A stretch of 44,316 bases of DNA. It comes from a virus. The position numbers were made by a program, and so were the translations under genes. The stretch spans positions 1 through 44,316 of the IMG/VR virus record IMGVR_UViG_3300027908_000011. One strand, given 5' to 3'. Below, piece by piece: positions 12,165-18,757 of the stretch. Position 1 is the stretch's first letter, and every line of letters starts with the position of its first letter. A model generated the notes under the pieces. The model saw nothing but the letters and a program-made list of their open reading frames with translations. It ran no database searches and was not told the origin of the DNA.

Positions 12165-13094
12165 CTACTTGGTGGCCTTGGCCTTGACGGCGGCGACCAG
12201 CTTCTCGACGGCGTCGAGCGTGGCGGTGGCCTCGGCGTCGGTCATGCTGCTGATCGCTTTCCCCAGCAGCGCGTCGAGCTGGCTGGCGTCGACGCCGGAC
12301 TGGCTGGCGGTGACGACGGCGGTCTGCAGGCGGACCTGGGGGGACAGACCGGGGGGCCTCGGCTCCGTCTGCGTGACAGTCGCGCCGGCGGTGACGTCCT
12401 TGAACGCGGCGGCCTGGTCGTGCTGTTCGCCCTCGTCGAGCGCGATGGCATCCCTGAGTTCAGGCGACATGGGCAGGAACTTCGACAGCGCGCGGACAGC
12501 GGTCTTCAGCCACATGCTTGCTGGGTGCGTCTGCCAGGGACTCTTGGGAGAATCACTGAACTGGTTCGAGCGCTTGGCGCGCATCACGTCGCCCTTGTTC
12601 AAGACGCGCCACACCTTCCCACCGCCCTGCAGCGTGGCGATGGCGTAGGCGTACTTCAGTTCGCCGCGGTCCTCGTCCTCGCACGGAATGTGCTCCAGGC
12701 GCTCGTTCAGTCCCATGGCGAAATTGAAGCTGTCCTTGGAATAGACCGCCTCGGCCGACAGTCCGATCATCATGCCGCTGCGGTAGGCCAGATCCACGAA
12801 GCCACGGTAGCCGATGATGAGCTGGCACTTGCCCTTGAAGGGGACGAGGTAGGCGCGGCCCAGGACGGGGTCGATCTCCAGACCGAGCTGCGCGGCCGTC
12901 ATGCACGACGCCAGGACGCTGTTCTGGTCACAGTCCATCAGCGCGGGGTTGTTGTTCAGCGTGGTCATCAGCACGCGCAGGAAGCGATCGACGGGCAGCA
13001 CCTTGGGCAGCGCGAGAGCAAACTGCTGCTTCATCGCGGCGCTGCTGATCAGCATGCGCAGTTCGGACTTGAGGGCGGCGGGAGGATTGGACAT
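12165..13094 (-). CDS. recT: RecT-family single-strand annealing protein
   Basis: Typical RecT N-terminal and core pattern: ...QFALALPKVLPVDRFLRVLMTTLNNNPALMDCDQNSVLASCMTAAQLGLEIDPVLGRAYLVPFKGKCQLIIGYRGFVDLAYRSG... AGGAG lies 6 nt before the ATG. Confidence 0.85.
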   Translation of the reverse strand: MSNPPAALKSELRMLISSAAMKQQFALALPKVLPVDRFLRVLMTTLNNNPALMDCDQNSVLASCMTAAQLGLEIDPVLGRAYLVPFKGKCQLIIGYRGFVDLAYRSGMMIGLSAEAVYSKDSFNFAMGLNERLEHIPCEDEDRGELKYAYAIATLQGGGKVWRVLNKGDVMRAKRSNQFSDSPKSPWQTHPASMWLKTAVRALSKFLPMSPELRDAIALDEGEQHDQAAAFKDVTAGATVTQTEPRPPGLSPQVRLQTAVVTASQSGVDASQLDALLGKAISSMTDAEATATLDAVEKLVAAVKAKATK

Positions 13095-13102
13095 GGGGAC
13101 TC

Positions 13103-13519
13103 CTAGAAGGTGGGGTGGTAGAGGGCAGCGAGGTTCAGGACATCATCAGCATACTGGCGAGCTGCCGGCGTGTCGGTTGCACGCAGGCCGCAGTGATATG
13201 CACGCAGGGCCAGCGGCCAGGACCGACAGATGGAAAACAGATGCGAGAGCCAGCGACGAGTGAGAGCTTCCGCATATGCCGGATCTGTACGCGCCCGCGA
13301 CGGCGACGCGCGTAGATCATATAGTACCGCACGGGAGAGCTGCCACGCAGATACGTCGGAACCGTTATCAGGTAGCACACGGCGAACCAGGTGCCCATCC
13401 CAGACAGATCCGGTTTCCTTGGCTGCAATGGCAGCGACAATGGCATCAGGTACACTGGGTGGTCCTATCAGTGCGAGGGTGAGGATGGTCGCGGCGATCA
13501 TGTCAGTGCAACGGCTCAA
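13103..13519 (-). CDS. SLT-like lytic transglycosylase with an N-terminal hydrophobic signal/anchor (candidate SAR-type endolysin)
   Basis: The N-terminus MIAATILTLALIGPP is hydrophobic. AIAAKETGSVWDG contains the E-[ST]-G catalytic-Glu motif. LALRAYHCGLRA is AYNAG-like, and YADDVLNL follows. Confidence 0.55.
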   Translation of the reverse strand: MSRCTDMIAATILTLALIGPPSVPDAIVAAIAAKETGSVWDGHLVRRVLPDNGSDVSAWQLSRAVLYDLRASPSRARTDPAYAEALTRRWLSHLFSICRSWPLALRAYHCGLRATDTPAARQYADDVLNLAALYHPTF

Positions 13520-13549
13520 ATAACCATTGCAGGAATCGGCGGATGTAGG

Positions 13550-13918
13550 TCATGGCTTCTTATCCAGCGCTTCGTAGATCCGACTGCATTCCGCCATTTC
13601 ATCGTGGAACGGCTTTGCTTCGGCATCAGTGGAGAAAGCGCAGACCATGTTGTGCGCCAACAGCAGCCGGTTGAGGTTCTGCGTGGTCGGGCACAGCTTG
13701 AAGTCGATGACGGCACGGCGTCGGTCGCGCAACATCTCGTCGCGCGTCGGTCCCTGACGTGCGATGATCTCGTCGGCCTTGGCGCTGACGACGGTCAGCT
13801 TCTCGGAGGCGATGTCCCTTTGACGGTTGCTCTCGGACACCGAGGCGACGACCGTTGCGAGGAGGCCAATGATGCACAGACCACCGGCAAGACCCAAGAG
13901 GACTTGGTATAGGTTCAT
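13550..13918 (-). CDS. N-terminally anchored membrane protein, 122 aa (start moved to MNLYQVLLGLAGG...)
   Basis: The ATG at 13918 overlaps the TGA of the upstream 44-aa ORF. There is one predicted TM segment followed by a charged region. The longer track version (to 14104) has an Arg/His-rich N-terminus that does not look like real protein. Confidence 0.55.
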   Translation of the reverse strand: MNLYQVLLGLAGGLCIIGLLATVVASVSESNRQRDIASEKLTVVSAKADEIIARQGPTRDEMLRDRRRAVIDFKLCPTTQNLNRLLLAHNMVCAFSTDAEAKPFHDEMAECSRIYEALDKKP

Positions 13919-14049
13919 GGTCCGAACTCCTGCGCGATGCGCGCGGCGACCACGGCAATGGTGAGCATAGCCATGATGGTGGCGCCGGCGACGACCACGC
14001 ACAGAGTGACTGGATCTACCGGCGTTTGGTTGTTCTTGTCGTCGTTCAT
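13915..14049 (-). CDS. 44-aa single-TM peptide (MNDDKNNQTPVDPVTLCVVVAGATIMAMLTIAVVAARIAQEFGP); holin/pinholin-like candidate
   Basis: Hand-translated because it is below the ORF-track size cut-off. There is no SD, but TATGCT lies 7 nt upstream of the ATG, so the mRNA may be leaderless. Confidence 0.4.
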   Translation of the reverse strand: MNDDKNNQTPVDPVTLCVVVAGATIMAMLTIAVVAARIAQEFGP

Positions 14050-14056
14050 GTTCACA

Positions 14057-14083
14057 AGCATAACGCACAGCGCTGCGTGTCAA
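14057..14083 (-). promoter_or_regulatory. Candidate internal leftward promoter (TTGACA-15 nt-TATGCT)
   Basis: On the minus strand the sequence reads ACTTGACACGCAGCGCTGTGCGTTATGCTTGTGAACATG. It sits in a 230-bp lower-GC gap between the lipase gene and the 44-aa ORF. The spacer is short. Confidence 0.3.
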
Positions 14084-14133
14084 GTGGTGGGATTGCCCTT
14101 GCACACCGCTTACTGTATTGCTACGTTCCGGTC

Positions 14134-14742
14134 ATGCGCAAGTCCAGGACGAAACCGAATCCCCACGCCGTCGCGCTCGGGCGCATGGGCGGTCACGCTA
14201 AGACCCCGGCGCAGATAGAAGCAGTCAGGCGGAACCTGGAGATCGCGCGGCAGACGCGGTGGACGCACAAGGCCCGGGAATCAGACGCGCAGGCTCGCCT
14301 CGAAGCGCCGGCAGATGGCGATATAGGTCTGCACGTGGTGATCCAACAGCGCCCGGCCGTCGATCACGGCGACGAACTCCCGGTCCTGGTCGATCAGCCA
14401 GCGCCAGAAGCGTCCGCCCATCCCGATCTTGGTGCCGTCGTCCCGCAGATGGAGCAGCCCGCCGACGTGCTCCCAGCCAAGTACAGCGGGCACCCGGGGA
14501 ACGACGTCGACGTCATGGACCACCCGCCGGCTGTCGACGCCCAGGCTGTCGAACCAGGCGGCGCCGGCCCGGCTGAAGATCCGGGGCGAACCGTAGGTCA
14601 GACAGAGGGTGCTGCGCCGGTCGCCCAGGACAGCCGACAGTCCGGTACTGATGGCGCCGCCCAGACTGTGGCCGACGAAGCGGAGAGCGCCGGGCTTGAT
14701 TCGCTCAATGACCGCCTGAAGCGGATCATGGACCGCCTCTAG
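14134..14742 (+). CDS. Possible small plus-strand gene; only the first ~45 codons look protein-like and the true 3' end is unknown
   Basis: MRKSRTKPNPHAVALGRMGGHAKTPAQIEAVRRNLEIARQTRW resembles the widespread small NPxAVALGRxGG...RW-type proteins. The rest of the frame is antisense to the lipase gene and simply lacks a stop. Confidence 0.25.
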   Translation: MRKSRTKPNPHAVALGRMGGHAKTPAQIEAVRRNLEIARQTRWTHKARESDAQARLEAPADGDIGLHVVIQQRPAVDHGDELPVLVDQPAPEASAHPDLGAVVPQMEQPADVLPAKYSGHPGNDVDVMDHPPAVDAQAVEPGGAGPAEDPGRTVGQTEGAAPVAQDSRQSGTDGAAQTVADEAESAGLDSLNDRLKRIMDRL

Positions 14743-15039
14743 ACTGGCCAGGAAGCCGGCGTGCAGCCTCACTGACGCAGGGAACAGGCTGGACCCCAGT
14801 GGCATGGCCTCGATGTCGATCAGTGCCGTCTGAAGGTCCCTGGTGCCCGCTGTGCCGATCCACAGGTTGCCCATGGGATCGAGCGTGCAGATGCAGTACG
14901 TCTCGGGGTCGCTGACCTGGATCACGTCGACCAGGTCGTGCCCCAGCGGCCGCAGCTTGGCCGCCAGGTCCGCCCGGGAGCTCGCGGCTGACGGGTATGA
15001 GAGCTCGGCGAACGCCGCCCCGAAGGTCAGCAGGCCCAT
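14281..15039 (-). CDS. class-3 lipase family alpha/beta hydrolase
   Basis: VRLHAGFLASL (HxGF), the nucleophile elbow FVGHSLGGAIS (GHSLG), TYGSPRI, and VHDVDVVPRVP. The order and spacing are typical of Lipase_3. Confidence 0.8.
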   Translation of the reverse strand: MGLLTFGAAFAELSYPSAASSRADLAAKLRPLGHDLVDVIQVSDPETYCICTLDPMGNLWIGTAGTRDLQTALIDIEAMPLGSSLFPASVRLHAGFLASLEAVHDPLQAVIERIKPGALRFVGHSLGGAISTGLSAVLGDRRSTLCLTYGSPRIFSRAGAAWFDSLGVDSRRVVHDVDVVPRVPAVLGWEHVGGLLHLRDDGTKIGMGGRFWRWLIDQDREFVAVIDGRALLDHHVQTYIAICRRFEASLRV

Positions 15040-15043
15040 GGGG

Positions 15044-15313
15044 TCAGCGCAGGGCGATCAGGCCGGTCGCGGTCGCCGCGGTCACGGCGGTCGGGGCGAC
15101 CCACAGGATGCCGACAGGGACGTTGGTGAACTGGACAGACACGCCGCCCAGCGTCATGGTGATGTTGCCAGCCACGCCGACCCAGATGGCGCGGATGGGC
15201 TTGAAGACTGTCGCGGCGGGGGTGATCGCGCCGGCGGTGCCCCAGTCCTGTGCCACCGCAGAGAGCGGCGCTAGGGCGGGGAGGACGGCGAAGGGATTGC
15301 TGGGACCAGCCAT
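15044..15313 (-). CDS. small beta-rich protein, 89 aa
   Basis: AIWVGVAGNITMTLGGVSVQFTNVPVGILWVAPTAVTAATATGLIAL is reminiscent of small spike-base-type virion proteins. This is a weak recollection. Confidence 0.5.
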   Translation of the reverse strand: MAGPSNPFAVLPALAPLSAVAQDWGTAGAITPAATVFKPIRAIWVGVAGNITMTLGGVSVQFTNVPVGILWVAPTAVTAATATGLIALR

Positions 15314-15322
15314 GGATGACTC

Positions 15323-15565
15323 CTACGGGACGAACCCGGACTGTGGGGTGAGTGGCGTCGGGATCTTGCCGTTACGGCCATTGTCCCGCCGCTGCGACTT
15401 CTGCCAGACCTGGTTCAGCAAGGCAATGAAATCGTCGTGCGACATGCCGGGGATCTCATGGGCGCCCAGCAGCGGCTCCTCTGCTTCTAGGATGGTGGCG
15501 CCGCGGGCTTCCTCCTGGCACGAATAACAACAGAGCAGCGCACAGATGAGGATGATCCAGCGCAT
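15323..15565 (-). CDS. small exported protein, 80 aa, Cys-rich signal region
   Basis: N-terminus MRWIILICALLCCYSCQEE. The ATG overlaps the stop of the fibre gene (ATGA). The lipobox is not canonical. Confidence 0.5.
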   Translation of the reverse strand: MRWIILICALLCCYSCQEEARGATILEAEEPLLGAHEIPGMSHDDFIALLNQVWQKSQRRDNGRNGKIPTPLTPQSGFVP

Positions 15566-17667
15566 CAGGGCAGTCGTACGGCGGTAATCGACCCGTCGAT
15601 GGTCGGCGAGCCACCAGCATAGGTCAGGTTACAGGTCAGGAACTCGCTGGTCGTGGCGCTGATGTTGACCACCTGGGCGTCTATGCTGAGCGAGAACAGA
15701 CCGTTGGCGATGATGGACACAGCCGGCGCGCTCTGCTGGGCCATGGTCGTCCCGCTGGTTCCGGTCGCTGCGGTGCCGACCGGGCACGACGCCTGGTAGG
15801 TGGTGCCGACCGTCAGCCCGGTTGCGCCGGCGTGGATGACCACCTTGCCGCTGACGAGCCACTTGCCGGCGGTGAGCGACACGGAGCCCACGTTGCCGGT
15901 GACGGTGGTTGCGGCGGCGGCGACACCGGAGAAAGCGCCGGAGATGGTTTCACCGACAGCGCCGGCAGTGTCAGCCGCAGCCGTATTGCGGCCCCAAATT
16001 ATATTTCCCGTGAAGGTGTTGGCGGAGGGGACGGTGGGGGCGCCGAGGGTCCAGACGCCGGTCGATGCAATTCCGCCAGAACTGGTTGCATTGCCATTGA
16101 CAAAGAAATTGATGGTGCCGCCCGTACCAGCGGCGTCGATATTGAGCCCGGCTCCATTGCTATAAAGAACGCCGGTGTTTTGCGCCAAAGCCCCGGCGGT
16201 GGTGAATGCCGTCCCGAGCATGAAGAGGTTGCACTTGGCGGTCCCGTTGTTGAGCACGAGATTCGTGAAGGCACCGGTCCCACCGTTGCTATTGGTATTC
16301 TGCCAGGTCTGTCCGCCGTTAGCCGACAGGGAAGTGTTGATATAGGTCCCGGAGCTGGGAGCGACGCCGACGCCGATGCCGGTGCCGGCAATGACGATCC
16401 CCCCGCCAGTCGCCACACTCGTCACCGCCGTCCCATTGCCGATGACGACGGCACCGAGGAGGGAGGTGGTGGCGCTGGTCGTGTTCGACACATTCGTCAC
16501 CGCGCTGAAGGTCTTCGCACCGCTAATCGTCTGTGCGAGCCCCAGGGTGTCGACGGTGTCAGTGGCGGTGATATTCGGGATGTTGAGCGTCTGGGTTGTA
16601 CTCTGGTTGTCAGCGATCGTGAGATTGGTCGCCGTGGTCGCCGGACTGATGGACCACAGGATCTGCTTGGTTGGATCGGTGACATCTTCAAGGGATATGG
16701 GGGTCTTGGCCGTCAGGCCAGCGCCGAAGACTGGAGTCCCGGTCCAGGTCTGCGACAGTCCTATGGTCGCCAGGGTATCGGCACCGCTGAGCACCGGCAC
16801 GCTCAGCGTGCGGCTGACCGTCTGCGCGCCGCTGTTCAGCGTGAGGATGGTGCCGGTCGTCTGGTTGGCCGGGTTGAACCTGATCTGCTTGGTCGGATCG
16901 GTGACATCGTTCACGCTCACGCCGTTGGCGTAGTCCACATTGAGCACGGCGGTCGGCGTGGCACCCACGTCGATGTTGACCGTGCCGGTCGCCCCCACCG
17001 CGCCGAGATCCAGCAGGTTGTCGATGGAATAGACATAGGCGCCGTGGGCCGCAGTGAATGGTGCCGCTCCACCAGTCGAACCATTGATCCCAAGATCCAC
17101 ATAGTGGGTGGTCGCCGTCCCATCGTTCGCGGTCGCCACGAAATCAGAGCTGGCCGAGCTACCTGCGTTCTTGTTCTGGACCTGCAATTCGAGGTAGTTG
17201 TTGACGTTTCCCTGGTAGAAGGCCGCCTCTTGGTTGCCAGCGGGAACGATTTGCGGACTGGCTCCCACAACGGTCGTTCCACTATCGTCCACCTGGAAGA
17301 CCGTCGCGCCCTGGTTATTCGTGATCTGCGCATAGATGAAGTACGGCGTGGTCACTGCAGCGGTCACAGTGCCGCTGGTGTAGACCGTGCAGTTCCAGCG
17401 GTAGAATCCGGGGTTGGCGAACACGACCGGGCCGATGTTCCCGGTGTAGGTCGCCAGGGTGTTCCAGTTCCCGCTGCCGCTGGTGCTGTACTGCCACACC
17501 ATGGTTCCGGCCCAGGTACCGGACAGCGTGTAGCTGGAGCTGGTGCTGTACTGGTTCGCCGGCAGACTGATGGGCGTGAGAGCCCCTGTGCCGGTGACAG
17601 ACGAGGTGACGGTCGCGCCCCACAGCGGAGCGGTCAGGCACAGGATCAGCAGTAGCAGGTGGCGCAT
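15565..17667 (-). CDS. tail-fibre-like protein, 700 aa, with a Sec-signal-like N-terminus and two ~65-aa DVTDPTKQI... repeat modules
   Basis: MRHLLLLILCLTAPLWGATV at the N-terminus. The body is S/T/G/A/N-rich and beta-type. The repeats are VTDPTKQIRFNPANQTTGTILTL... and VTDPTKQILWSISPATTATNLTI... . Confidence 0.65.
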   Translation of the reverse strand: MRHLLLLILCLTAPLWGATVTSSVTGTGALTPISLPANQYSTSSSYTLSGTWAGTMVWQYSTSGSGNWNTLATYTGNIGPVVFANPGFYRWNCTVYTSGTVTAAVTTPYFIYAQITNNQGATVFQVDDSGTTVVGASPQIVPAGNQEAAFYQGNVNNYLELQVQNKNAGSSASSDFVATANDGTATTHYVDLGINGSTGGAAPFTAAHGAYVYSIDNLLDLGAVGATGTVNIDVGATPTAVLNVDYANGVSVNDVTDPTKQIRFNPANQTTGTILTLNSGAQTVSRTLSVPVLSGADTLATIGLSQTWTGTPVFGAGLTAKTPISLEDVTDPTKQILWSISPATTATNLTIADNQSTTQTLNIPNITATDTVDTLGLAQTISGAKTFSAVTNVSNTTSATTSLLGAVVIGNGTAVTSVATGGGIVIAGTGIGVGVAPSSGTYINTSLSANGGQTWQNTNSNGGTGAFTNLVLNNGTAKCNLFMLGTAFTTAGALAQNTGVLYSNGAGLNIDAAGTGGTINFFVNGNATSSGGIASTGVWTLGAPTVPSANTFTGNIIWGRNTAAADTAGAVGETISGAFSGVAAAATTVTGNVGSVSLTAGKWLVSGKVVIHAGATGLTVGTTYQASCPVGTAATGTSGTTMAQQSAPAVSIIANGLFSLSIDAQVVNISATTSEFLTCNLTYAGGSPTIDGSITAVRLP

Positions 17668-17676
17668 GGTTGTCTC

Positions 17677-17886
17677 TCAGGTCTTGGGCGTGGACGGAGG
17701 CGCGGGCAGGTTAGCCTTGAGCGCTTCAAGGATTGGCTTGAGATGGTGCAGCGCCGCTATGGCAGTGGCGACGTAGATCGCGTGCTGATCATGGTTCGCG
17801 CCCATCTCGTTCTGGATGCTGCCGAGGATCGCCACCGCGCTCGCGCCGTAGCCAATGAGTTTGTCGATGAGGTTCTGGATGGTCAT
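17677..17886 (-). CDS. 69-aa protein with two hydrophobic helices (holin-like candidate)
   Basis: The hydrophobic stretches are IGYGASAVAILGSI and AIYVATAIAALHHL. The gene is start/stop coupled to the chain. Confidence 0.45.
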   Translation of the reverse strand: MTIQNLIDKLIGYGASAVAILGSIQNEMGANHDQHAIYVATAIAALHHLKPILEALKANLPAPPSTPKT

Positions 17887-18251
17887 GGCTTCCCCGGGTT
17901 CTTGGCGGCGATGGCGGTAGCGGCCGCCGTGACAGTGGAGGTGAGCAGCGCTGACTGATCAGGCGTCAGTGCGGCGAGCGCCTGGGCGTGCTGCTGGGCG
18001 AGCGCTGAACTGGCGACAGCCATGCCAGCGGCGACCAGCGCGCCGGACCCGGGGGCCTCAGCATTGGCCGCGGCAGACGCCAGGGCGACGACAGCGGCGT
18101 TGGAAAGGACGGCCGCGCCGATTCCCTCGCCGATGGCAGCCGGGCTGGCCGCAGCGTTGGCCTGGTCCAGCTCGCTGATCAGCGCATCGTGGGCCGCAGC
18201 GGCGCCATCGGGGTCGGTCAGCCAGTCCTGGGCGGTGGGGATCTTGTTCAT
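17883..18251 (-). CDS. Ala-rich hypothetical protein, 122 aa
   Basis: ORF-track entry with ATGA overlaps on both sides. Confidence 0.5.
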   Translation of the reverse strand: MNKIPTAQDWLTDPDGAAAAHDALISELDQANAAASPAAIGEGIGAAVLSNAAVVALASAAANAEAPGSGALVAAGMAVASSALAQQHAQALAALTPDQSALLTSTVTAAATAIAAKNPGKP

Positions 18252-18469
18252 GGTGTCACCACGGTGGTGGAAGTGATGGGCTGGCCGACCGCTTCAGCGA
18301 TCGACTTCTGACTGGCGATGATCTTCGCCGTCTGCTTGGACGGCGGCAGGCTGGCGGCGGCGTTGGCGGATGCCTGGGCGTTGTCGTGGATGCCCTGCGC
18401 CTGCGCGTCAGTGATGGTCTGACAGCCGGTCAGCGACAGGACGGCGATCAGTGCGATTGCGTATCTCAT
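18248..18469 (-). CDS. lipoprotein, 73 aa (o-spanin-like candidate)
   Basis: Canonical lipobox: MRYAIALIAVLSLTG|C. Confidence 0.7.
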   Translation of the reverse strand: MRYAIALIAVLSLTGCQTITDAQAQGIHDNAQASANAAASLPPSKQTAKIIASQKSIAEAVGQPITSTTVVTP

Positions 18470-18744
18470 TGTGATATGCTCCTGTGGCGGCCGGTCAGGG
18501 CCTGGGTGAGTTCGCGGGTGGCGTCAGAGACAGAGCGGTTGCTGGCCGTGTTCTCGATCAGGGCGGCGGTGACCACGCGGGTCTTCTCCTCCACGAACAT
18601 CGCGTGCTTCTCCTCCAGCCTCGCATATCGCTCGTCACAGCGACGCTCGCGCTGCATCATGTAGCGGATGACGACGTACGCTCCGGCGGCAGTGATCGCA
18701 GCCGGTGCCCCGAGTAGCTTGATCAGATCGACGAGTTGGTCCAT
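18466..18744 (-). CDS. N-terminal-TM, coiled-coil-type protein, 92 aa (i-spanin-like candidate)
   Basis: The start was moved to MDQLVDLIKLLGAPAAITAAGAYVVIRYMM... because the track start at 18792 would overlap the tailspike gene. A charged helical tail follows the TM segment, and the stop overlaps the lipoprotein ATG. Confidence 0.5.
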   Translation of the reverse strand: MDQLVDLIKLLGAPAAITAAGAYVVIRYMMQRERRCDERYARLEEKHAMFVEEKTRVVTAALIENTASNRSVSDATRELTQALTGRHRSISQ

Positions 18745-18757
18745 ATAATCCTTTCCG

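Noticed and set aside
11411-12187. Plus-strand reading of the hexamer tract as an (Ala-Pro)40 protein (ORF 11411..12187). In this reading the variable base is also synonymous (CCN).
   Set aside because: The flanks of that ORF are Arg/Cys/Pro-rich antisense sequence of the nuclease and 87-aa genes, and every neighbouring gene is on the minus strand. It cannot be excluded formally.
13550-14104. The full 184-aa version of ORF 13550..14104.
   Set aside because: The first 62 codons are Arg/His-rich and overlap a better 44-aa TM ORF in another frame. The internal Met at 13918 is ATGA-coupled to that ORF.
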